Counted from the first letter of the stretch, positions 26,551 to 41,109 are shown. The stretch is 64,000 nt of DNA from Octopus bimaculoides (GCF_001194135.2 NC_068993.1:2125622-2189621), one strand, 5' to 3'. Notes: a model not told the origin generated them from the letters alone. Translations and numbers: made by a program.

Positions 26551-28533
26551 CATGTGCGTGGGTTTGTGCTTATTACGTATCTACCGCACGTGGCTGTATA
26601 TGCTTTGAAGACTAATATTGTGTCTACCTCACGGACATTTAGACTTTAATCTGAAGAATGTGCAATTTTAAAAGTACGAATACACACAACGGTTTAAGTA
26701 TAAAATTGATTTATAGATTCGCCATCAATATGTTTGTAAAAATGTTAAACCGTTATCAAATGAGAAAGATATTTACAGTGTAGAAGTTTTACATATTTAA
26801 TCAATTTGGTATTCTAAGCCTGAAGTCAGTTAATGCAGCTGGCGTTCGTTCATTTCTGCATATTAATATGCATTTGTTATGGAAGAATAATGTTTGTATG
26901 AGATATTCGTTTATTTGATTTTGTATAATATCAAGTCATATGAATAATTGAATAATAGTAAAACACATTAGTATCTCTATTTCCTTATCTCTAACCAGTT
27001 CAGCTTTTATAAGAATCAAGATTTGAGTGAGTCGCTGAGGTAAAACGTATTACAAGAACAGAAGAGTGACTACCATTGTAGCATGTTCATAAAGCAATGT
27101 GATTCGATGCATACTAAATATTTTCTGTTTTAGAAACAGCTGCACATGGAAATTATATTTATTTCCTTTGCCGTTCTCTGGTTATGGCCTGATACATAGA
27201 TCGCGAGTTCATTTATAGAAACTAAAAATCAAACCACTGGTTTCAATATTATACAATTAACATCACTGCCATTTTGAAATTATAAATCCCGACGCCTCTA
27301 AAAGAAGATATGTAGGATATATTGGTGGTAAATAGACTATAAAATTGTCAAATAGAGTTGAATTGCTTTAATCGTGCATTATCTTCAAGCAATTTTAACC
27401 TTTGGTTCTGAGATACACGTTCTGGGTGTTAAGCTGGTGGTAAGATATCTACATATTCTTCGACATGGTGTGACACGTCACTCAAGCAGACTGGTTCAGC
27501 AGACGACGGAAAGGAGTAAAAGATAAAAGTTATTTGGAAATAGATTTCAAAGTCGTTTACAGTTCTAAGATCTTCTTCTTGTGGAGCGTTGTGTAATACT
27601 TCAACAGAATTCTGCTTCGTGCGCGCACGCACACACCCGCACCCACATGAGTGTCCGAGCGTCTTTTTGTAGTATATACAGAGAAGGAAATATGATGATG
27701 GTTGCTAATGGATCGTTTGATATATATTTACGAAAGGAATCAAATAACTAAATTAAAATATATACATCATGCATATTCAGATAAATGATTTTGTTATTGC
27801 TGCTGTTATTTTTCTACAGACTACCGTCTCTGTTGATCGAACAAACGTAGGAACACAACTATCCCAGAAGTGGCCTTCACATCTTTATAACGATATTTAA
27901 GTCCCTATTGTCTAATGAGGTTTTTCTAAGGACGTCATGATGATGTTTCAAAGAATTTAATCTACTAATTGTAGTCGTTTATGCATAGATAAAGAGATTT
28001 CCTATATTATAATAAGTGTTAATTATTAATCTGATTCAAAAATGTATGTCTCGGGATGTTGAAACCATTACGATGTAGAATTATTATGAAGAATAAGTTT
28101 ACATATTCTAACTGAATTTAACCAATAGGTTGTGAGCAAATTATTTAACTAAATAATGAATATTATTGTTTGTAAGTTAAATAATTATTGAAACACAACC
28201 ATTTATTTCGCAGTAAATTCAGATAAGAAAAGGGGAAAAAAACTAGGAAATACTTGCTGGAAGAATAGTAATATAGTTAGAGTCTTGCTAAAACGATTAA
28301 AATCAATCAACTGCTAATATAAATATAAAATATCTGATTAGAAAATTAGCCAACTTAATTTAGAAATGATCTTGTGATAATAGATACTGCAACAAGATTT
28401 TTACTGTACAAAAAGTCCACTTATATTCTGTATCATTACTAAATAGAAATATTGAGTCAGAACATTGTGTTTAATAACAGTGGTGTCTAATATAGGTGTT
28501 AGGCCTCAGGTGTGTTGAACTATATTACTAATA

Positions 28534-28863
28534 AAGGAGCACTCGGTCGGTTACGACTACGAGAGCCCCCTCGGCTGATCCGATCAACGGAACCGCCTGC
28601 TCGGGAAATTAAGATGTAAGTGACTGAGCACTCCACAGACAGGTGTACCCTTATCGTAGTTCTCGGGGAGATTCAGCGTGACACAGAGTGTGACAAAGCT
28701 GGCCCTTTGAAATACAGGTACTACTCATTTTTGCCAGCGGAGTGGACTGGAGCAACGTGAGATAAGATGTCTTGCTCAAGGACACAACGCGACGCCGAGA
28801 ATTGAACTCACGACCTTACGATCGTGAGACGAATGCCCTAACCACTGAGCCACGAGCCTTCAC
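28534..28863 (-). mobile_element. Near full-length tRNA(Arg)-derived SINE with V/Meta-type core
   Basis: Minus head gtgaaggctcgTGGCTCAGTGGttagggcattcgtctcACGatcgtaaggtcgtGAGTTCAATTC (A and B boxes, ACG anticodon loop), then the gtgtccttgagcaagacatc...ttgctccagtccactc core. Confidence 0.85.
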
Positions 28864-29537
28864 TACGTTACTCATAGAAGATGCGCGTTAAACAAACACT
28901 GCAACACGCACGCACGCACGCACGCACGAAGACACACATACACACACACGTGCACAAACACATGCATTTATATATACTCCATAAACATATATGTATATAG
29001 AAGTGAAATATATGAATGTCTGTCCGTGTGTTAATTTGCACGCTTACACAGCTATTACAGTATATTATGTATATAATGTCTTTGTTTACAGAGGTGCATC
29101 ATGTTTGTGTTTTATATCAGTAAAAAGCATCAAACATGAAATATATAACATTAAATATAAAAACGATAACATTATTATAAAGATTGTAATGTTATTTTGG
29201 TTACTTGCTCAGCGTCTTCTTGTACACTTTGATACAATGGTAAATAGGGGAACCGATCTGGGTATTTTCTGTTTTGATGGAATGTTCATCTTTAGGTCCC
29301 CACACTGGGAACTTTTGTAAACTTTAAATGAAATCAAAGAAAATATTTATCTCTTGAGATAAACAATAAATTAATTAGATTTGCCTAATAAAAAGAAATT
29401 TCATCACGTATGTTCATTTCTATCTGCTTAATGTGTGTATTTAAGCATTCATGTATATTTTCGTGATCTATCTATCTTTCTATCTGTTTGTCTGTCTGTC
29501 TGTCTATCTATATATCTATCTGTCTCTATATATTTAT

Positions 29538-30011
29538 NNNNNNNNNNNNNNNNNNNNNNNNNNNNNNNNNNNNNNNNNNNNNNNNNNNNNNNNNNNNNNN
29601 NNNNNNNNNNNNNNNNNNNNNNNNNNNNNNNNNNNNNNNNNNNNNNNNNNNNNNNNNNNNNNNNNNNNNNNNNNNNNNNNNNNNNNNNNNNNNNNNNNNN
29701 NNNNNNNNNNNNNNNNNNNNNNNNNNNNNNNNNNNNNNNNNNNNNNNNNNNNNNNNNNNNNNNNNNNNNNNNNNNNNNNNNNNNNNNNNNNNNNNNNNNN
29801 NNNNNNNNNNNNNNNNNNNNNNNNNNNNNNNNNNNNNNNNNNNNNNNNNNNNNNNNNNNNNNNNNNNNNNNNNNNNNNNNNNNNNNNNNNNNNNNNNNNN
29901 NNNNNNNNNNNNNNNNNNNNNNNNNNNNNNNNNNNNNNNNNNNNNNNNNNNNNNNNNNNNNNNNNNNNNNNNNNNNNNNNNNNNNNNNNNNNNNNNNNNN
30001 NNNNNNNNNNN
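29538..30011. other. Assembly gap (474 N) flanked by (TATC/TGTC)n and (GA)n
   Basis: N run; other gaps at 4992-5038, 18188-18197, 23089-23135, 43701-43869, 53867-53876, 61096-61468. Confidence 0.99.
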
Positions 30012-30016
30012 AGAGG

Positions 30017-30051
<35 letters not shown>

Positions 30052-30967
30052 AGAAATAGACAGAGAGAAAAAGAGAGCGAGGGGAGATGGACAGTGGAGG
30101 TGAGTGAAATTGCTTGAATAAGTCTGATTTTTCAAAATACTGTATTTCGATAGCGTTTATTGTGAAAATTCCTTTGTGTATTTCCTGCTAGAATGTATTG
30201 GTACAGCTCAGTTACTACTCCAATGTTATTCCATAAATAACTCAATCTAAGTTTTATGAGGCTAATTTCTTTCTTCTGGCTGTTAAACTTTAAAAGTTTC
30301 TCCAATTTGACTAATATGTTGATCGACTAATATCTTACGACGCTTTCTCTTCTCTTCCAATGTGCCGATGCTTCTCTATCAAACGGCGACTTTATTACAA
30401 ATTCTGCATTACTTAAAACTAGCAGCAGATGTTCAGAGGATGAACAGTGATGTTCACATGACTGCACGTAAAGGAGGCCCAAAGCAAATATCTTAGAGAA
30501 TTCAATTTTACTGCAAATAATTCTTAATTTTGCGTAAATCTTCTTGATATATATAATAGGAAATATACGTACATGGCTATGTATGTATATAAGGATGTAT
30601 GTATGTATTATGTACGTGTGTATTTATGTATTATATATGTATGTTTGTATGTATGTATGCATGTATGTACGTATTATGTGTGTATGTCTTATGTATATAT
30701 ATGTATGTATGTATTGTGTATGAACGTGTATATATGTTAGCATGTATGTATGTGCGTATGTAATTGTGTGTGTATGTATATTTGGTTGTATGTGTATACG
30801 CTTCAAGGAGATGTCCACAGTTTTGCATCAAGCTAGCTGGAACTTCGCGTAAAGCGACAGAACTTGGCGCAGATGACTGCTGGCCACGTGACGTTTAGAT
30901 ATTCTATATGTCGTGTTTTCGAGGTTGTCCTCTTTTTTTTAAGAAGCTCAGCTTAAAAATATTTAGA

Positions 30968-31027
30968 CTGCAGGGATGAGAGAATTCTGCAGGGATGAGA
31001 GAATTCTGCAGGGATGAGAGAATTCTG
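30968..31027. repeat. 19-bp perfect tandem repeat x3 (ctgcagggatgagagaatt)
   Basis: Direct reading: units 30968-30986, 30987-31005, 31006-31024. Confidence 0.97.
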
Positions 31028-32679
31028 AGGGAACAAATTTCTCGGTGTAACTAAAATATCTCAATAACTTTTAAAGCAATTCATGTATAATAGAACAAAT
31101 TGCTGTACATTTATTTTACATCATAGTAAACCCTGAGTACTGGTGCTGTTTACAATATATTTTGCTTCTCCAACTGTGTGAGAAAATACTAAATATGAGG
31201 AGATACAGTAACAGATTATTTGCTTGGTTATTAGTCGCTGAGAGCTTCTCGTATGCAGTTTTTTTTTCAGCAATTCTCTTCATTAAAAACCGTATAGTTT
31301 ACACTGAAAATAAATCATATCAATAATGATTGGGAGAAATATAGCAGTAGAAAACATGAATAATATAGGGGTAGATATAAAGTTAGAGAAATGTTTACGT
31401 TTTTATGCTGTTGTTTAAATCCAGTCAACTCTGATCGAGTAAACACACCTTGAAAGATTTCCCAACTCTAATCACTTCACTTTTTTAGACATGTGTAACA
31501 TATAATATAACATAGCATTCGATGGCTTCAAATTTGAGCAGCAAATTGTGAAATTTATTGAACTCATTAATTAAAACACATTTGGCCGTGTGTACCGTTA
31601 AATTATTTCACCAACACAATTAGTAAGACACAATTTGTGAAAAAGCTAAGTCACTGAATTTCCAGTGTATTCACTTTGACGGTCATTCACAAAGCTTGTA
31701 AAAATGATACTATTTAATGTGTTTCCTGTATTTAAAACGAAGCAATATGATTTGGCTGTTATATCTAGCAACCCGGACTAACTCATAAACGTTTCCTCCT
31801 TGAAACCCACCCCCATTTATGATACGTGGAGCAATTTATGACGATTTCTACTTATAAAATCGAAAGTTACCAAGAATGATTAAAAGTCTGGTGCTTGTCT
31901 TAAACTTTTAATTATTTATTTTGTAAATATTAACGTATTTTGGCGCAATCTTCTTATGTGGGACCTGGGTTATAAAACGGTCAGCATAATGTTATAAGGA
32001 CCCAACTGAATATTTTCTTTCCTATATATTTTACTGTTTTGTGTATCATAAGAGTTTTGTTTCCAATGACCTAATTAGCAACAATAGTTCGATGGGTTTT
32101 ATTTACAGCTAGGATTGTATATATCCTAGTCACAACCTTTGTTTTGTCCATTGTTTACGAATACAGACCGTTCCATTTTCGCATACAATACATTAACCAC
32201 TACAAAACTAAGATTACATAATTTATCACCTTTCCAAAATACATAACTACGAACTCCTTCATATATATCCATCTCTTTCGGCGATCCCAAATCTTCAATA
32301 CTTGGTTCAGTAACAAACATCATAAATACGGCATACGAACGACAATAATAAGATTGAACCCGATATATTAGAACTAAAAACCTGAAACGGAAAGGTTGGA
32401 TGCATCATACTTGGTATGCAATTGACGAAATTATGAGAGGTGAGTTAGAGGTGTAAAAAAAAAATTACCAAGTCTGAAAGTGAAAGAGCAAAAAGAATAA
32501 TTAATCTGAATTTGATAACTCTCAATTCATTTGTATTGAAATTGAAATGTCTTGCTGCATTAATTGCAAATGCTAAAAAATCTGGCAGCAATTAAATTTA
32601 ATATTAGTGAAAAATGATTTCTATTGCATATTTTTGCTAATATATCTTCATTTGATTCCGTTTTTTACAAGTATTTTTA

Positions 32680-32706
32680 TCATTATTATTATTGTAGTTG
32701 TTATTA

Positions 32707-32779
<73 letters not shown>

Positions 32780-32955
32780 TATTATTATTATTAGTAAATG
32801 TAGTATTGTTTTTGTTCTTCTCATTAATAATAATAATATTAATATTAACTACTTTCTGTATCATTAGTATTATTATTAATATTAGGATTATCAATGGTAG
32901 TAGTAGTATTTTTGTTATCATAAATTATAATATCAAGTACTCTCAATGCTGCTGC

Positions 32956-33012
<57 letters not shown>

Positions 33013-33035
33013 CATTATTATTATTATTATTATTC
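32680..33035. repeat. (ATT)n microsatellite clusters
   Basis: Direct reading; explains the poly-I/L/N/Y ORFs. Confidence 0.95.
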
Positions 33036-35582
33036 ATTTCGTTATTATTTCCAATTGTCTTCCATCAGGATCCATTTGTGTGAGAGAGAAGATACCCATC
33101 ACCAAAACTATGAATTCTTCATTACAAATGTTTTAGTTGCAACATCAATAGAAATGAATTGACATTGCACCTTTTCTTTGTTTTGTGTTTCGTTAGTCTC
33201 TGTTTTCTTATTTTATATGTTTATTTATATTGTCTGTGATTTTGTTTTTTTTTTTATAAATTCTTGTCTTTAAATTATAATTTGATGGAAGTTGAAATGA
33301 TAATTAAGAAGCAATATTGCCAACCCTGTCATGTTGTAATTTTTTTCCTGTTTCTTTTATTTATTTCGACCATTTTTAACAAAATATGCTCCAGTGTGGT
33401 TGAGGGGACATTAATTGTGAGACGTGACTATGAAAATTTCCATCTGAGCTCATTACTGAATAATTCAAGATTATTTTTTATAAAAAAAATTTCAGTCTCG
33501 CTATATTTTATAGTTGTTCGGAAATGCTATTCCTCTGCAACAGAAAACTAAACGAAGTTGAAAACTGTGTTTCACTATGAGAATTCTCAGTTGTAGCATA
33601 CAGCATCCTGACTAATAAATCTCATTTATTGTTTTAGATAATTATTATTTTCCCTTGGTTATTAATTATTTCCATCTTATTATATTGGTTAGAGTTGTAG
33701 TATAATTCGTGTTTATTAAATGAAAATTTTTCATTTAACGTATTATATATGGTTAAAATGATGAACGACCATGTGTAAAATGTCTGCAGAGAAACACGAA
33801 GCTCTGTTGTTGAGCCTCTAATCACGTAGTTTATTAGTAAATTTCTCGAACGATTGCTTTAATATGCAGGATTTGTTAAAGACAAATAAATCATGAGTAG
33901 TCTTACGATTCCGTTAGCAAAATGTTATCAAACTTGCCTAAGGCAATCAGTTGTTCAATAGAGAGTTGGGTAGTTCAGTGTTTCTATATCATTACTGATA
34001 TTCAACAATGCTTGAAGTAAAAAATTGTTCTTAATAGTGTAATGAATTTGAATGTATGCAATTGTAATGAGAGGGAGCATTGTGCAAGTGATGACTGATT
34101 ATCATGATGTTGTCAGTAAAATATCTTTAAAATGAGGTTTCAATGTTTTAGTCTGTTCAACAGTGTTCTGAAGAGACGGGGCAACACGGAGTTGTTTTCG
34201 GAAATACCAGATCTGTCTAAAAGGAAAAACTGAACATTTTGGGAAACGCATAAAATGCTTTATTTCCAACTTAAGAGTAGTTTCTTTCAAAGCACAACCT
34301 AAAAGGATCCCGTAATTTTCTCATGAGTTCCCAGCCCTTTCTTTGGAAATAAACTGTTGTACAAAAACTGAGAAGAAAACACAAACTGTAGAACCAATCC
34401 AAATATTTCTGAGTATATGACTTTAATATATTCTTCCACTATCCATTATGGTAAACAGCCATTGTTATACCTCACTGAATATTACCACGCAATACTCCTA
34501 AACAACTGCTCTTTTATTCATAGGTAGTTAATTCCTCCGTCTTCATAAGTATTTGACCATTAGTTTATGATAATCTGATTCTTAAGTCATGAATATTTGC
34601 TCCTTTATTCATTGGCTTGTACCCCTTTTCATTAGTAGCTGGCCCTTTATTCATGACTGACTGACTCAATTAGTATCTGGTTGCCTCCCCATGAACATCT
34701 TCCGTCGGTAGATAATAACACGTATCTCTATTCTTCTTCATGGATACCCGAACGTCTATTCCTTAAGATCTGATTCTCAGTATATATATCGCTCTTTATT
34801 TATGTTGTGTCATACCCCTGTTATTGATGTCATGACACTTGTCACGTGTTGCTAGGGTTCGAAGATGTTCAGAAATTTTATCAATAATGTAAACCTAAAA
34901 TTTTACCTTTATCCGAATATCGATTCTGTGCCCTAATCTCATATAAACCTTATAACCTCAGACATATATTGATGCCATAATCCTGACATCCTCTCAAATC
35001 CACTGTTTTGACCTTCTGTGCTAACAGCAATAAATTATGAAAACCTGCGCATATTTTACAGTATCTGTCGTTCTTAAGACACTGGACAGTTTACCATATT
35101 TCTACCATCAATTCACCATCAAGAACCAGATTATCTACATTTCGTAAGTTGAGTAAATAGTTTTGAATTTGAATGCTGCAACATAATTCTCATGTGAAAT
35201 ATATTGCATCTCCGGTATCTAGTGTAAGGCAACTTGTCACACGTCAATATCTACCACAACAACTAACGAAAGGTGAAGTAAGTATTAACATATTTCATTT
35301 AGTCTCATTGTAGAGGAAATATTAGAATAGTTTCTCATTTCATAATGCGACGCCTCCGCTTCTGAACTGACGCTCACACAAACACATGCTAAACATAATT
35401 TCAACTATAGATCAACATTGCTGATATGGAAGGGACTCGGAAATATGACATGAAATATAGAAGAGACAATGTATGGAGGATTCGGTTTCATTGCTATTGT
35501 GACAGAGGAAGTTCCACAGATCTATGCTACAATATCATTGGCAATATCTGCTGGTAGTATAAAGTCAAAATATCTATGTTTA

Positions 35583-35642
<60 letters not shown>

Positions 35643-35659
35643 GATCTATCTATCTACCC

Positions 35660-35695
<36 letters not shown>

Positions 35696-35949
35696 AAATA
35701 TATATTTTAGGAAAAGATGAAGAAAGGAAAAGAGCAATTCGAAAAGTATGGAAGTGGGGGAGAAAATGGAAGCTCAAGCGCATGAAATTAGGCATTGCTG
35801 CTCAACATGTTTGGTCAATGACTGGCTGGAAATATGGTGCTGGCTGAAAAGGTCAAGTTGGCTGAAGTTGACAAATGAAATGAAAATGTTCGTTCTTTGC
35901 GAGCGAAGGGGTTAGTTCCATTGTAACTTGTCAATTAAATTATGATACA

Positions 35950-36240
35950 CACCTACTCCATATCCCTTGACAAGTATAAATCTCTATAGCAAGCATATGT
36001 CTCGATGTCAACCCCTGGATCGTTAGAAAATTGACTCCGGACGTAATTAACGAATAGTTCAGCCTATTCTCGTTCCCACAGCGGGCAGGATACCTGTTGG
36101 TATACCTCGCCTTTGTTGGAGAAGCAATTACTGGTGAAGAGCAAACCGGCTTGGCGCAGAAGGATTTTGTTTCCTTCTCCTTTCAATGTGCCCCTGCTTG
36201 AAAATACCGACTGCTTCGATGTCACTGATCTCTGACGACC
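35950..36240 (-). mobile_element. Penelope-like element reverse-transcriptase fragment (decayed)
   Basis: Minus strand KILLRQAGLLFTSNCFSNKGEVYQQV, then frameshifted AVGTRIG and a later GIWS. Matches the PLE RT motif LLRLAELVLTLNxFxFxxxxYxQ..GxAMGTRMG...RYIDD..IW. Confidence 0.7.
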
Positions 36241-38896
36241 CGCAAAAGTTTATAATCAAAGTACCCTCCTACAGACATAATATTTAAAATGAAGTGTAAA
36301 ATATAAAGTTAATTCTATGATACTCTATAGAAATTTGAACCGATATAAAACTGTATGTACGCTGTAAAACCATGCAACCACACACATATGTATATATATA
36401 TCGGTATTCAAAACTACAGAAAGTACACTCTTCTCTTCCAAGTTTACGCACAGATAACACAATATTACAGCACTTTGCCAGCCACAGAATTTTTATACCA
36501 ATTCTTTCAGATGTAACATTAAAATCAGCAAAGCAGAATTTGCATTAATGATATGGGCTGTTATTGTTGTTGATGTTTTTATTATTAGTATTATCATCAC
36601 CATCCACATCATCATGATTTTCTTTATGCTGTTGTTGTTATTATTATTATTCCATCATCTAAAAGCAACATTAGAATTTTGTAAATTTGCATGCTTTATT
36701 TTTTTCGTAAGTGCAGAGTCAATTTAAAACCATTTAAAACACATATCCGCAAGTACATAAGCCTACAAACACATTTATGTACGCAAATTCAAACTCTAAA
36801 GTATAATTATAATGTAAATGTAGTTGTAAACGTACTAAAAGTGCACCGTTTCAGTGTATTGCGGCGGTCCCAGTGTGCAGTCAAGTGAAATAACAGTTGA
36901 ATAGTGAAATTTTCTTTCCTGAAAGCTTTTGAATAAAGGCATTCTCAAAAATCCAATAATTTGTTATAATTAATATTTTGAAATGTCATTAGACATTTCA
37001 AGAATTTATTTTATCTCGTTAACATACTAATAGCATATATTAAAGTAATTTTCAAACATTCTGCAAAATTTATTATGTAAAAAAGGAAGTCATTTTATCT
37101 AACGTATTCCAGGAGAAAAGAATTTAACATTTATATTTGTCTTGGTTATTTAGATTTATTTTATAATTGGGAATGTGTGTTCTAGATTTGCTAGCGAATT
37201 TGGCATGCTTAAATTATTTCATAGTTCAGTAACTGGAGGTTCTAACGCATTTTTATATAGCGTCTCACAATTGCAATCATTTCAATAATTGTATATATAA
37301 GTTCTATTTTCACCTACTACCAATATATCTATATAGTTGTTTTGCCCCCAAATTTTCCTACTTCCCTATCTCTGATCTTATTCATCTATTTTGCTTAACT
37401 AGTTGCATTGTTGCACGTTTACTCTCTGCTATTCTATTTACCTTCATGTCTGCGTAATTGTCTTTCTTCATTTCTTTCCTCTTCTCGGTTGCTACCCACA
37501 TTTTATGAGATGTTGATTTGTGTGTTGCGACACCTAATTTTACGTATTTCATGTCTATGTATGATATTTCTTTGGCTCTCTATTTTTCATTTCGAATTCC
37601 CTCATCAGTTCCATTCACAAAATTCAGAAATATTCCACCCGTGACCTTACGGAACATTCCATCTCTGATTGCATCTAAAAGAATTTCTTTTTGTTAAACG
37701 TCTATATTCTTTGGTAAAACTCTGTTTCCAATTTCTTCCTTATTACTTATATCTTAGAAAGAAAACGCACCAGCCTTCATACTGTCATGATTTTTCTTAA
37801 AAACAGAAATTGATGTCTAAATTTATCTGCATCCGTTTTTACAAACAAAGTATACTCAATACATTCAGAGAAATGTAAAACACAAAAAATAAATCAAAGC
37901 CAAATATATTTTAAGCTTTCTAATCATAATGAACATTACTTCTCAGGTTTTCAGATATTCATTTCTTTGCCAAAGTATATTCACGCCCAATATATTTCTT
38001 TCAATTTTCTCATGGCACTTAAACATATCACTCTTTTGTTTGTTTGCTGTGAATCTATTGCTGCTTAATCAGTTTTTCCTGTGCCTTCTAGCGCTGAGGC
38101 ATATTTCCTACATAGCATACACTGCGTTTTCATTGAGACAAAAAGAAAGTGAGCACACGATTTGTGTTATATTTTTTCATAGAGCATCTGTATACTTATA
38201 AATGTTCATATGCGAGCTTGTGTGTTCGTTAAAAGACGTATAGCTTTGGGCAACTGAATAGTTATCTACATACATACACATGCACACGTACATATATATA
38301 TATAGATACACACAAACACACATGTATATGCATACATATGCCTACACAAGATGCTTCCTTTTCATTCCCTTTGATGAATGTAACTTTGGCCAGGTGGAAT
38401 CACGTTTGGTTCTCTTTATAAATTTGTCTCTGATTCGATTCCAGCTCGCGGATATTCCTACTATAACTGTCACATTCATAAACATAGATAACTGAAAACG
38501 AACAAAACAAATCTATGGTTGCTTGGAGGAAATTTTCAGACAAATAGTTATCAATTTCATCCTGCATTCCTTTTGTTCAGAGTTCGATACCACAGCCTGG
38601 TTGCCTTTACGAAGGATTCAAGTTGACCCAAACCTTGCAAGTACAAATTAATAGAAAAAAAGTCGTGACAGAGCGAATAATAAACTCTACATGTAATTGA
38701 AAGCTTCCTTTTTGCTATACGCAGAATCACGCTAATGTGGCCATAAATGACAAACAACATTGGAATACTGAGCCATTCATACATTAATTTATGTAGTTTT
38801 GCTTTGATGAACCTGAACGCTCCTCGTCGAAACTGATGTGAAATGCTTTCATTCTGTTTCTGTACATTCTCAATCCGACTGAAATTGCAAGAGTTG

Positions 38897-39050
38897 CTAC
38901 ATACATACATACACACATACATACATACATACATACATACATACATACATACATACATACATGCATGCATGAATACATACATGTATGCATACATGCATAC
39001 ATCCATACATACATGCATGCATGCATGCATCCATACATACATACATGTAT
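38897..39050. repeat. (TACA)n/(TGCA)n microsatellite
   Basis: Direct reading. Confidence 0.95.
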
Positions 39051-39062
39051 ACATCGTATTTC

Positions 39063-39107
39063 GGCCAGAGTTCTTTCGTCACACTTCTGTGACGTCATCA
39101 GTGGTCC
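39063..39107 (-). ncRNA. Minimal type I hammerhead-like motif (Penelope pLTR type)
   Basis: Minus strand: ggacca CUGAUGA c gtcaca(gaag)tgtgac GAAA g-aa-c UC tggcc. 6-bp stem II with G10.1-C11.1, near-palindromic stem III (AGAACT vs AGATCT), stem I cca/tgg, CUC triplet. Confidence 0.55.
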
Positions 39108-39139
39108 TTTGCTTTCTTCTTTCCTTTTCGTGTGTCTAT

Positions 39140-39270
39140 TCATTCACAGGGCTTTGGTCAGCCCGAGGCTATAGTAGAAGATACTGGTCCAAGGTGCCAC
39201 GCAGTGGGACTCAACCCGGAACCATGTGGTTGGCAAGCAAGCTTCTTACCACACAACCACTCCTGCGTCT
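39140..39270 (-). mobile_element. tRNA-derived SINE (OR2/CORE-type), 5' head plus core, 3'-truncated
   Basis: Minus strand agacgcaggagTGGTTGTGTGGtaagaagcttgc...GGGTTGAGTCCcactgcgtggcaccttggaccagtatcttctactatagcctcgggctgaccaaagcc. Confidence 0.85.
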
Positions 39271-39295
39271 TATATATATATATATATTATTTGCA

Positions 39296-39361
<66 letters not shown>

Positions 39362-41109
39362 ATGTGTGTGTATGTGTGTGTGCGTTTGCATCTATATATA
39401 CATAAATATATATATATATGTATACATACATAATACACATATATATGTATATTTGTACGTATGTCTATGTATAAATGTATAAGCGTGTGCGTAAATATTT
39501 CTAAACATTTCTAAATATTTCTACACAAAACTTCCGTGTAACTCTTAAAGAGTTTTCATATTACAAGGTTGAAATTGGAACTCACATATTTTCCGTTAAG
39601 ATATTGTTGCAAATTTGTTAAGATTTGTTGCAGACAAGGAAAACTTTTTCCGCAAATAATCCAATGCACATCTTTAACCTACAATAACCTATAATAAAAC
39701 TGCTTGCATGTCTTTATGTATATGTGTGTAGGTTTAAGTGTGTAGCTCTTTACGTCCATGTGTGTTTCTGTATGTTTCTCAAACGTTAATTTTCAAGTAA
39801 TGTTTTTGACGTAATATGCAAAATTTATATATCCGATGTAGTAAGTTATGTCTCATGGAAATTCTGTAAAATAAGATTTTGAGTTTTTTGTTGTTCCAAG
39901 ACAAAAGAACATCTGCACGGAATAATGTCATTGATATTTCGTGGAGATTATAAGGATCATTTGTAGAAAAAAAACTATAACAGAAGCTAAAATATGAAAA
40001 TATCAACCAAAATACAACAATCACTTATGAAAGAATGTTGAAGAGGATTCTAAGAGCTGTTGAGATTGTGTTAGTTCGCTTCTAAAAATGAATAGTTTTC
40101 ATATTTTGACAAAGGGTTTAAGAATACTATTCAGTGGATCTGTAAATATGGAGAGGTATAGAAATTTCCTGTTGAGAAATTAATTCTTTGCTATCGAACA
40201 TAACTAATTGAATTAAAAGAATTTTATTCTTCGGATGAACAATAACATTTGTATTCTTGCTATGAGAACAGAAAATGGTTTGATTCATAGAATGGAGACG
40301 ACGTATTTGCTTAGATGGATTAAGCTTAACATTTTTGTAGCTTAAATCAAAACGAAATAAAATGTACCAGGTTCTCTTATGAAATGAAAATAATCAGGAG
40401 AAAAGCACCATCAAATAATGATTTGACGGAAGCTGCTGTGTTGTTGAGATTCTATTCCAAATGGAATAGCAACCAGCATCAAGTTAGTTGATTGGAAGTC
40501 AGACTAAAACAATGGAATCTGCTACAAAGCAAGTTAGTTGAACATTTATTGTTCTTTACCAATATTTTATTTTTTCTCTTCCACAATAGAATACTTGAAC
40601 AGTGTTTTGGCAGGGATATTCACTGCAGATTCTATTGATTTTACTCATAACGTCTTTTTCCCTTCGATATTTTATGGGAGAAAAAAAAAAAAAGAAGACG
40701 AAGAAGAGAAATCATTAAAAAAAATATTGGAATTTATTTCAAAAATTTAATAATAATAAACAGTAAGATATGAAATAAAGTTTTTTTTAAATATTCTGTG
40801 AAAATAAAAATATAATTATTTTGCTGTAATTCCAGCCAAGTATAGATATCTAGGTGATGTGTTCAAGTCACTTAACGCTGCTGCTCTGACTGATAATAAA
40901 TATTGAAATAGAGACAAAGAACAGGATATGGTGGTTGTCATTCTACCATTTTTCTTCCAAAATGAGGTCCTTTTATCATTACTTTTTCTCTGCTGGACTC
41001 TTGGTGAATATATTCATTAAAATAACGAACGCCAGAAATCACAACTTTTTTGTTAGACATCCAGTGACTCCCGTTACAATTGTACTGGATTTGTTTCACA
41101 TAAACGCAA

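Noticed and set aside
37570-37620. Minus-strand CUGAUGA-gggaattc-GAAA
   Set aside because: No stem I or stem III pairing
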